A stretch of 64,000 nucleotides of DNA. Origin: Macrostomum lignano (Eukaryota). The notes under the pieces are model-generated. The model did not search any database. It saw only the letters and a list, made by a program, of their open reading frames with translations, and was not told the origin of the DNA. Below, in pieces: positions 45,532 through 59,300 of this stretch (the stretch's first letter is position 1; each line of letters begins with the position of its first letter). Made by a program: the position numbers and the translations under genes. Where the stretch lies: assembly GCA_002269645.1 (NCBI GenBank), contig NIVC01001148.1, positions 1-64,000 on the forward strand, written 5' to 3'.

Positions 45532-47267
45532 ATGTTACATCAGCTGAATCCTCAGCTTAATATGAGCTTCAAAATGAAGAAAGATGCCCTTTTTGATCTT
45601 GAATCAAAGATTAAAGGTAGGTGAATTAAGTATAGGTAGATGTTCTTAAGTGTGTATTTAAAGCATTGATAGATATTTCTATCATGCCTTTGTCTAGTTG
45701 TGACTTTGTAGGTTATATTTTCTATTTTTGCCTAAAGATAGTTAGGTCAAACTTTTAGGCCTATTGTACTTAACTCTTAAGACCTAGTTAAATTATTTTA
45801 CTTCAACTATGTGGACTTATCCCATTTATCCATAGCTAATATATTTGTTTAGCTTTATTGTTAATTGCCATGTAGATCATTAGATCATAGGCCTATATAT
45901 AGCATGCTATATAAACTAAAAAGTTTAAAATTCTTATACAGTTAAATGTATTATACTATGAATATAAAATGACAATGTATTGGTTTCCTGACAGATATTC
46001 AGACAAACATTCAGAAATCGTTTAGTAAATGTTTAACAAAATTGTCTATTTAGTATCCTAAAAAATGTAAATTTTTGACTTTTACACATGTCTCTGCTTT
46101 AAAACAGACACTTCAGACACACTCAAAGACACTTCACAAGCTGAGATATTCCCTAGCAATGGTTGTTATGATGTTTCCCAATATACCAAATACTGTATTT
46201 GGTTGTTTTTTGAGGAGCCACTACATTGTCACACTTTGCTTTATGCTTTATTTGCTTTTTGCAAATTGCACAGCTGCTTTATGCATGTCTCTACTTTGAA
46301 AATACACAAAAGACATATACAAAGACATTTCACAAGCTAAAATATTCCTTAGCAATGCAATGGTTGTTACAACATTTCCCAATTTACCAAATATCATATA
46401 TAGTTGGTAGGCCTACTGCTAATTTTAAAGCGAGCTACATTACCACATATAGTTGGTTTTGAGAAGCCGCTACATTGTCACACTTTGCTCTTTGAAATGA
46501 AAATTGCACAGCTGCTTTATGCATGTCTCTACTTTAAAGACATATCAGACACATACAAAGATGCTTCACAAGTTGACATATTCTTTAGCAACGGTTATTA
46601 CGATGTTTTCTAAATATTTAGTACACCAAAAGCTTTTTTATTAATGTTTTTATTTTTTAATGACAAGCTGTTGAAACCTGCGGATTTTGAATCCGGGGAA
46701 TTCCAATCCCCGGAACTACTTTTGCATGTATTCTGAAATCTAAAGCCATCTAACACACAAATTGATGTTAGTAGGATAGAGGTAGACATAAAATGGAGCA
46801 CATTTGTGTAAAATTAGGGTTTGAGGCAAACGTTGATATTGTTTGCTGGGGTACTCTACAGAATGCCAGGCAATGTCTATCTGACTCTAAAACATGTATT
46901 GGCAAACTCTGGCCTCTCCCTGACTCTCCCTATGTCCCTTGGATCCTTTAAAATTTCTATTGTCTCTCTGTTTCCTTTATTCTCTCTCTTCCCTCGTCTC
47001 TCATCTCTCCTCTCTCTTCTCTCCTCTCTTCTCTCGTATCTTCCCTCATCTCTCTTATCTCATCTCTTCCCTATTCTTTTCTCTCTCCTCTCCTCTCTCC
47101 TTTCTACTTTTCGTTTTCTCTCTGCTCTCCTCTCTCCTCTCTACTCTCTCGTTTTCTCTCTCCTCTCCTCTCTCCTCTATCCCATCTTTTTCGTATATTC
47201 CCTCATCTTTCTTCTCTTTCATATCTCTTATCTCATCTCTTCCCTCTTCTTTTCTCTCTCCTCTCCC

Positions 47268-47314
<47 letters not shown>

Positions 47315-50300
47315 ATTCTCTCTCTTCTCCCATCTCTCTTCTCCTCTCTACTCTCTCCCCTCTTCATTCTCCTACTTCCTCTTCTCTCTCCCTGTCTCTC
47401 CTCTCTCCTCTAGTCTCTGTAATCTCTTCTCTCTTATCTCTCCTCTGTTCTCTCTACTCTCCCATCTCTCGCCTGTTCATCTGCTCTCTCATCTGTCATC
47501 TTTACTCTCTTATACGTTCTCTCACTTATCTCCTCTGTACTCTTCTCTTTCACCTCTTCTGACTCCTCTCTTTCCTTACTCCTTCTTTTCTCTTCCCTCT
47601 TCTATACTCTCTCTCCTCTATTATCTTCTCTCGTCTCTCTGCACTCTCCTCTCACCTTTTTCATCTCTCATCTCTTCTTTCATCTGTCTCATCTTTACAA
47701 TCTCATCTCTTTCCTCTCTCCTCCTCTTCCCTTTACTCTCTCATCTCTCTTTTCTCCCCTCTTCTTTCACTACTCTCTTATCTCTATCTCTTCTCTTCTC
47801 ACTCCCCTCTCCCCCTCTTATCTTCTCTCTTCTCTATCCTTTCTACTCTCTCCTCTCTAATCTTTCCTCTCCTCTTGACCCTCTGTCATCTTCTTTCTGC
47901 TCTCTCATCTCTACTCTCTTCTCAATCTTCTCTACTCTCCTCTCTCATCAATCCTCTGTCTTATCTCTCCCCTCTTCTCACCTTTACTCTTTCCTCTCCT
48001 TCCTTTCTCCCCTCCTCTTGCTTCTTCCTCTCTTCTTCTCTGCTCTCTCCTCACCACTTTTCCCTTTCACTCTCATCTGGCCTGCAGCCATGAGCTGGAT
48101 TCTTTATCTGGCCTTTGAGATAAAAATCTGCCAATCCCTGCTTCGAAAGTACTATCATGGGACGTAGTACTATCATGGTTGTTATCATTTCTCATGCTTT
48201 CATCACGTTATCTTTCTGGCCAATTAGCAGCCCTGAGAGGAATTTGTGTATCTCTATTCCCTAGCAGCTCCACCACCACAGTCTGCAGCAGTCTAACAAC
48301 CAAGGAAATACGCATTTCTTAGAAGGCCATTTAAATTTTAAAGTTACCTTATGCAAATCTTAATGTTAAAATTTTCATGGTGTAACTAATTTAGTAGGAT
48401 TGCATTGTAATTAGTTATTCATTAATTTTTCGCTATTTTTATAAACTATCCCACATCGCCTTGATTTGCCATCCTTGTTTAACTGCTGCGACTTGTCTAT
48501 ACAGAGGACAGTAGTTTGAATCTCTCGCTAAAAAAAATCCTCTCCACGCCTCTCCACTCGCGGGGGTACAGAGAAGGCTATTAAAAAGTTATTCCAAAAC
48601 ACTGTACATTCACTATGTACATTGAGCCCTATCGCCTGATCCTTTGTCTGGGGGAATGAGTTGGATGAGCGGCAAACAACAGAAAAAGCAGACAAACTTC
48701 ACATGCTTACAGTTTCTGTCCTGATTGAGATACAGAGTTGAGACTTTACATGTAGGCAGAGCATGAGTCAATAAAGAATTGTGTCAAATTTGAAGTCAAT
48801 TGCTTCACGTGGAGCAAAACTATGGCAGCCGAAAGTTAGTCATTTTAAAACCTATTCACACCCTTTGCCCAGATCGGGAAAGAGAGGCAGGCAGGCGGAG
48901 GTTGGGGTGGCTGCCTCGCTGAAAAAAACAGCCTAACTTTAAAAGTGCACAGCGGCTTTCAGGATTCACTTTGAGATTTGAAATTTTACACGATTGTGTC
49001 AAAATAGTTGAAAATTGTCTGTGTCAAATTTGAAGAGAATCGGTAGAAGTGGAGCAGCGCTATAGAGGATTAAGTGAAAAAATCGCGCATTTTGAGCAGT
49101 TTTTTGTACTTTTAGGCAGGAAGACTTGAGTCTAGGCAATTTAAAGGTAGCCTAAGACATTCTCTGTAGTAAGTTTAGGGTGGGTGTAAAATTTGGTGTC
49201 ATTTGGTTGAGTGGTTTGGGAGTCCATAGTGATCAAAATTGTCCACACACAGACAGAGTTTTGACTTTTATAGGTAGAGATAATATTATTAATATTAATG
49301 TTATTACTATTAACTTTACTGTACTATTTTTATTACTAATATTACTATGATTATATACTGTACGACTATTATTATTAAATGAAGATTATTGAGAGCAAAT
49401 GTAAAAAACATTGGGTAGTATTTAAATGTAGCAAAAAAGCAACATTAGGAAGCAAAGCAAGCAACAAAAACAGCCCTAAAAGAAATTGCAAGTAAATGTA
49501 ACTTTTTGAGATTCCGCACCCCTGTCTAGAGTGTCAACTATACCTGATCAGATTGTCATAAGTCATCGTGATAGCAAAGTTGTCAAATGACTACTAGAAG
49601 AAAGTAAGACCTGACTCTCAAAATGGCAAAGAAAATTTGCAACTCTGCTAAGTCTTCCAAGAAGAAGCAATTATGACTGGAGAGTATCAGGTATCACTTT
49701 AGAAATCAATCTGCCTACTGCAGAAGAAAATCAGTCTTGAAGCAATTCACAATTGACAGCTCAAACAAGGGTAAGCAAAATTGCCCACTGAACAACTGGA
49801 GAACATGCAAATGCCAAAGACAGGCATTCAGTGTACTAAATATTTAAAAAAACATTGTAACAGCCATTGCTAAAGAATACCTCAGCTTGTGAAGCATCTT
49901 TTTTGGTCTTTAATGTGTCTTTTTACAGCAAAGCATGCAGCAATGCAATGCAATGCAGCAATGCAATTTTCATGCAGAAAGAGCACAGCTTCTGAAAAAA
50001 CAGTTATGATTCAAACAGCAACATCAAACAGCATTCAATATATCTAGAAAATGTGATAACAACCATTGCTAGGGAATATCTCAGCTTATGAAGCAGCTTT
50101 GTGTGTGTCTGATATGTCTTTTTAAAGTAGAGACATGCATAAAGCAGCTGTGCAATTTTCATTTAGAAAGAGCAGAGTGCAATGATGTAGTGGCTCCTCA
50201 AAAAACAACCATAAATAGTATTTGGTATATTGGGAAATGTTGTAACAACCATTACTAGGGAATATCTCAGCTTGTGAAGCATCTTTGTATGTGTCTGATG

Positions 50301-53300
50301 TGTCTTGTTAAAGCAGAGACATGCGTAAAAAAGTCTAAAAAATTACACTGTCTAACGTACTAAATAGACAATTTTGTTAAACATTTACTGAACAATTTCT
50401 GAATGTCTATCTGAATGTCTGTCGGGAAACCAATACATAATATAAATTATAAACTATAAAATACATTAAATGCATTAATAAACAAGAAAGAATAGCAATC
50501 TGCCAGTTTGTTACACAATATTATTCTCAAGTTTGAATTGGTGTTGCAACATAATGACACATCAGAAAATGATGTCTATGGCCAAAAAGGATGGGAAATA
50601 GCACTGTTTAAGACATTCTGATTTCATTGGCTGTCTTCTAGACTACCCGATGGAGCTTGGGGGTGCTAGACAAACTGTAGAAGTTGACAAGTCCAAATTC
50701 ATGCACTGTGCTATATTAGGTGTCGCATTATTATCCCCTGTAACCAGATCCTCTGTTTTCTACCCTCAACTGTTACTGTTACTTGTCTACTTCTATTTCG
50801 CATCCCTTTTGGCTATAGATATCGTTTTCTGATGTTTTATTACATTGAGACACCATTTCAAACTTGAGAATAATATTGCAAAAAAACTGGAAGATTGCCA
50901 AAAGAATTGAAGCCAGAGCAGCTATGCAAAGCAAATGGGCAACTAGATATATATAAGCTTTTGTCACAGTATAGCCAATTTCTTGCTAAGGCACTATACC
51001 CATTTTTGCCACCTGGCTATATAGAATACAATAAAAAGACATTTCTATTTTTTAATCATTGAATTATAGCCATATAGGCCACCCTTTATATATATTTTCT
51101 ATTGATTATAGATTAGTCAAGAATATGGCCTTTTTCACAGAAAGTTCTGATGCAAAAAGGGATTAAACATGCACTGCACTGGCATATTCTAGTACAGCCT
51201 AATAATAGGCAAGGCAAAAATCTAGCTCAATATAGAGACTTCTTGAACTTTAGGTACATAAAATAGTTGTAGTTTTTATAGGATCATAATTTTGTCTCTA
51301 TAGGGGTTTTTGATCAAGGCATAGGGAATGGGGGGTTTAAGGTGGGGAAAATCTTCATGGAGATTGATTTTATATACCTAAACTTCAATAGAGGTATGGG
51401 GGTCTATTGTAGATTAGGTTGATAAATTTGAAGACTAAGTGTCCAAGGGGAAAATTGTAATGCAGCTTAAATTAAAAATTCAGGAAGTTATCAAACATCT
51501 CCATGGAGAAAAAATTAGAATCTTATCAACCTAATTGATATCAGCAGCTGTAGTTACCTTTTAAAATAGAGACAACAATGCAAATTAATAGAAATTAAGT
51601 ATAGGTAAACAAGTAAAGAATGTACAGCTAGTCAGAACCATGAGAGAATGACAGCAAATTAAAAGCAGGAGGTGAGGGCAGTGGCAAACCATGAATCAGC
51701 ATTTTAAAAAAACACTAATTTGACATGGCACTTTCACTGCATTATAACAAACTAAGTAAAGAAAAATTAGAATAGACACTCTTTTTATTGGAGTTAAAAT
51801 CTAGCCCTCTTAATGCTTTTTAGAATGAATTTATTAAACTGTGGAAAATATTTACCATCAAGTCATTATTCTAAGAAAAGTTTAATTTTCAAACATACAA
51901 TTCTTCAAAACTAATATAGAGGATAAACAAATTGAGCTCCTGTTAACTTTGAAGATATTTTTGCAGTTTTCTTTGCTTTATTTTCATTTTGGACAGCCTC
52001 CGAGATTGGCCAAAGTTTTAGAAAAATTGGAAGTTCAAGTTCAAGAAGTCCCAATATAGTGCAAAACAAAAAATTGGCATAATTTGTTGTAAGATAAAAT
52101 CTTTTAGCAAGACAAAATTTTCACAGATAAAAAATAGTATATAATTTCTTTTTATTAGCACTTTTTTGTTCACTAGTATATTGATAGCATATTTAATTAA
52201 AATATATTAACATAGAATTTTCTATAAAACATTTAAATATAAGTTTTTACCAGTATTTTTTAAATGGAAAATATATATATGCAGTTGTTTAAATAGATAC
52301 ATTTGATGATATCTATTTGTATATTATATACTAAAAGAACTATATATAGTTATATATATAAATAAATATAGTCAACATATACTTATAAGTACAAAAGTTT
52401 AAAAAATTAAAAAAGCTAAGCTAAGATTTGTTTGTTTTATTTGTATCTCCTATCAGAATGACTATTGTCATTGCTTATTGCTAGATTATCTTATCACCAA
52501 TTCATTAGAAGCCATAACAAAGTTAAGAACTCTTTTAATTATGCAATTTGTTATCTAATATCTTTTATCTAAGCATCTAGAGTTCCGCTGTAACCAAAAT
52601 TTCTGCTATAGCTTTATCTTGAAAATTTTTTCATAGCCTATCTATATCTATATATATATCCATAGCTAGAAAACTTTCTGTAACAATTGTAAAATGCTGA
52701 GACCTAGACCTTTATAGATACCTTGGAGAGATAGCTAGACACTATATATGTAGCCATGCTATGTGTGGCATTTGGATTTGCACATCAGTCTAAACAGTAA
52801 AACCAATACCAGGTTCTACATAAGAGTGCACCTGATGTAGCCTTCTGACCTATTGTGCAAGCAACAATTTCAACTAGCTGGCCACATCATCCAGTTAGAG
52901 CTCCATTGCCCTAAGCCATTCCATGATATTCCCTCTTCCCTTTCTTCTCTTCTATCCCCTATTTCCTCTCCTCTATTCTTTCCCTTCTCTTCTGCCCTCT
53001 TTTCCCTTCTCTTCTGCCCTCTTTTCCCTTCTCTTTTCCTCTTTCTCCTATCTCCCCTATTCCTCTCCCCTCCTTCCCCTTCTCACTACCTTCTCCCTCT
53101 TTCCTCTCCTTTCTCTCATTTTTTCATATTGTTTAGGTAACTAAAGTAACAAAATCACCAATTCTTACCTATTTATCAATTGGTTTCCAAGAAGCTCTTT
53201 GCAATCTAGTCTTCTTTGATAGTGATGATAGATGCTAGTGGCTTCCCTATTGGCTTTATTCATCATAACTTAAGCCCTCACTATCCCAACCATAATGTGT

Positions 53301-56300
53301 ATATAGTGTCAAAAATTTGTTGTTTTGAGTTCTTGACCCCAGGGACTTACTAAAAACTAAGGCCCCAGGCTCCAAACTAAAAATTTGTACTGAAAGTGAA
53401 ACATATCTCAACTTTAACCCTCCCCCCTCCCTCTATTTCAACTTCAATATATGTGTAGTGACAAACATTTCTGTCTTTATTGCTTGAGTTCCTGATTCTA
53501 AGAACTTAAAAGCTCCCTTTGGCCCTCACATTGATTGTGAAAATATTCATCTTAACTTTAGCCTCCTACCACTCAACTACAATGTGCATGTGGCTTTAAA
53601 TCTTTGTTGCTAAGTCCCCAAATCCATGCAGACTTAACAGCTCCCCTTTGAAACTGAAAACATTCATCTTAACTTTAGCTCCTACTACCCAACTATAGCA
53701 TAGCATAGAGATGGTATTGACAATATGTTTTGTGCATATTCAATTTAGCATTACTAGCCTTGTTTTCTGTTAACATAGATGGTTTGCAGAAAAACAAAAA
53801 TGATAGAAAGTGTGTATTAGATTTGACTTATATCTTTCTAAACATAGCCTATCTATTTGGTTTAGACATTTTGATGTTGATTGAGACTCCATGTCTCTTT
53901 AATTTGATATCTCTTTTGTTTCCTGGATTTTTTTCAGTTTGATGGGGTATCGCATTATTAATTCAAGTCATTATTTTCAAAAATCAAGTCATTATTTTCA
54001 AAATTCAAGTCATTATTTCCGCCTTCAAGTCATTTGTTACTAAGAGTTTTAGTCCTAGGATTTTAGAGTATTAAGATTATCGAATCCTTATTCTTTGATT
54101 TCTACGAGTATGAAAACCAGACTTAGTTTTGTCAGGGAGTGGGAGACTATATTGTTGTGTTCACAAGTTCTTTATCTTTATTTTTTTCCAAGCATAATTA
54201 GACTGCTAAAATCAAATGAGACAATTAGTGCTGGCGTCCCTGGCGCTGGTGCCCCTGGCACTGGCACCAATAGTGCTACAAAGCACGATAACTGAATATA
54301 CAATAAAGGAGTGAGGTTAAGTTGAAATAGGTAGCCAGAGAGATACGAGCTATTCCTTAATGGTAGTTGTCCTTTTTTTATAAAATATTAAACACCCAAT
54401 ACAGAACTGCGCGTCCAACTGGCTGAACAGCAACGGCTGATCGACAATCGAATTGAGTGGGAAAGCGCTATGCTTCTCGAGCTCAACGAGTTTTACCGCC
54501 GTCGCGCTGAAATTGAGGAGCAGTACTCGAAGGACTTGAAAAAGCTTTTTCAGTCCAGGGTTGAGAAGCTGCGCCTACTGGAGCGCACACGCTGTGTTTC
54601 TGGTGCTGATGCGTACTCTCTTTTTAAATTCTACAACACTGTGTTGGGAATAACTCACAGTCAGAGTGCCAATCACAGCGTGGTCGCCAAGATATTCAGC
54701 ACTAAAATTGCCCCTCGATTTATAGACATACGTGACAACTCTGCAAAGCTGCTTTCAAAGTGCCATGAGATGTGCGCTGCTAGTCAGGAAGAGCTGCTTG
54801 ACAATTCCAAGCAGGTTGTACAGGCGCTCAAGAATTATCAGATCGCGCGGTCGCACGCAGCCCAGGCTGAAGCCAAGCTAACGGCTGTTCGAGATGAACG
54901 GCGACGCATTGAGGAGGCCAGCGGAGTTAGCAGCAGTGGAGGCGCTGCCTGCGGGCCACAGGATAAACGGCTGAAGCAGGTGATTTTCTTATAGTTGTAT
55001 TTGTTAGACTGTGAACCGGACTTTTGTATTCGTAATTGTCAATTATGATTTGTGTGAGCCGCAAACTGCTTAAATAGCTGGTTGCTTCGTAAGGAGTACG
55101 GAAATCGCATGTGACAAACACTGAGCTGCATATTACTGCCATTTGATCCCATTTTATTTTACTAATGATTGTGGTTGTGATCCAACCTCGGGGCGGCACT
55201 TTCTTATAATAAATCTGCCATGAGATGGACGACCTGTGAAACTTTTCGGCTGTCTAAATTCGATAATTGTCTGGGTAGAAGCCTACGTGCAGTTTGGATT
55301 CTAACTAGGCCTTGGCTTGTCACAGCTCTTTCGTTTTGATCTTAGCTAGTTAAACAGCATGCTCTATCTAAAGGCAAAACTATGGCGAGGTTAAACTTGT
55401 AATATTTATCTTTTATTAAATCATTTGCTATGGCTGTTAGAAAACATAAGTAATGCTGTACAGGTCTGTTTGGCACTGTTCAGAAGCAGAAAATTATTTA
55501 TCCACAGCCTCATCGTGTTTATCATGCAACTTCTTTGCGCGCTGTCCTGTGTCCATGGCTGTATTTCATATTTCTCTATTGGCTTGACTTCTTGCCAGGC
55601 CATTATTTCCTTGCTAGTGCTGTATGCTACGCATTTGCTGCCGCTGACTTGGAATTATCGCAAGAAAAGCCTGCAGTGCACTGAAAATCACTCGTTCCGT
55701 TATCAATACGGATACCATTTCATGCAGGGTCAAATATTTGAAATTAAGTTTGCTATTGTTTTATGCAGTCGCCAGCTTCAAGTATGCTCTTTTGATAGAG
55801 GGCCCGTAAAAGTCACATTGTTCGATCAAATAGCCGCCCGTTGAGTCTAGTTCTGGCGGTGCCCTCTCCCTCCTGTATGTTCTCGAGTAGTTGTCACCTT
55901 ATCGAATTGATGAAGTTGCACCGGGTTTCTTAAGCTTCGTTAGAGTTTGTTGAGAGGCGAGAGATAATCTATTTTTGCATGATCGGCCTAATTGATTTTG
56001 TTGCAAATCAGTAAGCTGCACTGCCGCTGCTCACTTTTCGCAAACGCAGGTTGACAAGAACATCGAAAAACGGCGAGACAAGCATGAGGTGACGCACCAG
56101 AAGGCACTGCGCGAGCGCAACGAATACTTGCTGCAATTGGAGAGCGCAAACGCCTGCATTCGCAGGTACTTTTCTGACGATCTTTCAGATATTCTGGACT
56201 GTCTGGCCTGTGGCTTTCATAATTCGCTGGCTCGGGCCGCAATGATGCACCTTAACACCGAGGAAACACTCAAGCAACGGCAGGAAGGCTTCGTTCGATA

Positions 56301-59300
56301 CTTCATGAATACCATGAATCAGCTGGATGCAAAGTGAGTTGAAGTTGTTTATTTACTTTTGTGCTATTTTAGACTTATCACTCACCCCAATTTAATGTTG
56401 CAAAGTTTGTTCAGTCACAATCTATTTTAAGAGTGAAAACACTTTCATACTGAATAGAAATAGAATATGCTACTAAAGTACATGCACTTATCAGATCAGA
56501 AATCTTTGCTATATTATTCTTTTTGCTTTATAAATTCAGGCAGGACAAGCTCCACTTCCTTCAGTCATCTAAGTCAGTATTCACGGAGCCAAAGGCTTTT
56601 CAATTTGAAGCTCACAAGAGCGATCCAGTGAGTCACGTGTGTGCGAGCCAACCAGACGTGCTCAAGGAGCTAGAAGAGCGCTATTCAAACCTGCGCAATC
56701 GCATCAAGGACACCAGCGTAGAAGCGGACGAACTGTGGAAAACTCTTGAAGCTGCTGAGCAGTCCTGGCTGATCCACATCAATGTACCGGATTTTTATGT
56801 CCATGACATGTTCAGTCGGTCGGCAAAAGAGGCGGGTAAGTATTGAAACAGTTTTGTAATTTGGACAAGCTTCTTAAAATTTTCATATTTGCTAATTTGC
56901 ACACAGTGCATTTTTAGCTTATAAACTTAAACATGAAATTAACTTTAGGTTGCAGTAATAACAGTAGAACTGCTTACAAGTTTTTCTGACTCTTGTCATC
57001 CATCTGCACATATATTGAACTGAGCTGGGGATTAGTTAACTCATGAAAGAGGGTGGAGTTCTTTATGCACAGCCAGACACTGCAATACAGAATTCTGATA
57101 ATCGCCATGTAGAAGGCCATGTTGCACCCTCTAGTTGGGTCTCCTGGATGTCTTTATCCTCAGTTGCGGCTGGAGCTTTGGACTGCGGCCAGTCGGGTCA
57201 GCAGCAGCCGGTACAGGAAAATGATAAGAAACGGGCCTGGGAGAATGGCGAGTTTTATCTATCAAAGTTTGACGAGTATCTGCGCAAGAACGGCCATTTG
57301 ACCCGGCTTCATGCCAAGGCTGGCGCCATTTCGCGCTCACTGAGCCAGGAGCGCGGCTCAGCACCGCCGCCGCTACCTACGAAGCCGCGCCGCAAGTCAA
57401 TCATCCGAGTCAACGCTCAGCTAATTGGCGGCGGCCGGCCGCGCCTTTTTGGGGGTTCAGTGGAAGATCAAGTAGAGATGCCAGTTGTGGTGCTTTCCTG
57501 TGTGCGCCTCATCAACCAGTTTGGCCTGTTTCATCAAGGTGTTTTCCGGTGAGCAAAATATATGATGGGCATTGGCCCATGTTGGCATTGGTTTTTTAGC
57601 TTGCGAAATCAGAAAATAAACACTTTCAGATAGCTGCAGCCAACATTATTTTAATTTGCAGTGTTCCGGGCTCCCAGTCGGATGTCAACCGGCTCAAGGA
57701 GGCCTTCGAGCGCGGCGAGGATCCATTTGCAGGAGCTGTTGACGGTCGCGATGTGAATGCTGCGGCTGGTGTGTTAAAATGCTATCTGCGCGACCTGGAA
57801 GAGCCGGTCTTTCCTCAACGTCTGTTCGAGGACCTCATGGACTGTGTAAAGAAGGATAGTGTCACTGAATCTATCGTTCGTCTGCGGGAAATCTTTCTGC
57901 ATCTTTCACCTAGCTGCTACAGAGTTCTCAGGTCTGTAACTTTCAATGCTACTTAATTAACTCGAACATGGTTCGTACATAGTCCAGAGACTCGCATTTA
58001 ATGCTTCTTTCTAAAAAAACGCGCGAATTCAAAACCTAGTATCTGGCTTACCAGCTGTGTCCCTAAATCGTTTTCCATAAAGGAATACGCTCGTAAATTC
58101 AACCGAAATATATTCGGTTGATTGTCAGTGTCAGACAGAAAGGTTTGCAATTTCTCTGGCGCGTCAGAACACGCTAAGTGTCCGGCACAAGTGTTAGTCA
58201 GTACGAGGGTGGGGGGGTTCAATAAGTTTCCGGGTGCACAAATTGGGAAGGTGATGTACACAATTTGCATAGTAGGTATTATGTACATTATCTTGTGATT
58301 ATATTTGTGCAATTTCAAATAAATTTACTCTATAAAGCCTGTGCTGCGCACACGAAAAGTTAGCATACCCCCTAACACTGAGAATTCACAATGGAGCTCA
58401 ACACTGGAGAGCAATGATTTATTAGGACTAAAAAAGTGATCTAGGGCGTCAGGGAAGCTTTGAGGGACTTCAAGCGGCTTTCGGCAATAAAGCACCTTCC
58501 AGGACCACAGTTTTTGAGCGGTTTTCCGAATTTCGACGTGGTCGTGGCCGGCCCACCTCCGCAGCAAGGGAAGAGTTGCTGCCATAACTGAGGATGATGC
58601 TGTGGCCCACATAAAGATAGATGCGGGCATCTTATCGGGAACTAACCTGCACTCAAGGCTCAACCTGAGCAAGATTTTTGCACACTGGGTGCCTCCTCAC
58701 CTGATGGAGGAGCAAAAGAAGGCTCGGTTGGCTTGGTGCCATACCATGCTCGACAGATTCGATGGTGGCCGCTCAAACTCGGTCAGGGAAATTGTCAGTG
58801 GTGACGAACCCTAGATCTACCTCGTATAGTTTCGACCCAAAGACTAAGCAGTAGTCAGCCCAGTGAACACCAGTTGGAAGCGTCCCACTATTGAAGCTGC
58901 AGCGAAAACGCAAAGCAGATATTGGCCATTCTTGTGCCGAAAGCTGGTCATCTAGCGACCGTGCCACTTGTCCAGCAGAGCACAGTCACTGGCAGTTGGT
59001 ATACCAATTGCTGTCTGCCAGAAGTGCTGAGTACTCTCTCCAGTCGTCGCCCAAAGAAAGGAGCTCGATATGCTTCTTGATCACAACACCCAACCCACAA
59101 GTCCAGGCAAGTGGGCGAATTTCTGGCTATAGAAAACATCACGAGCTCGCCATCAACCCTACAGCGCATACCTGGTCCCCTGCGACTTCTTTATGTTTCC
59201 GCAAATCAAGCAGATGTGTGGAATTCGCTATTCATCGCCGGAAGCTGCAGTCGAGGCCCTCATCAAGCATGTCAAAGAGGTGCCAAGTTCAGAGTGGTCC

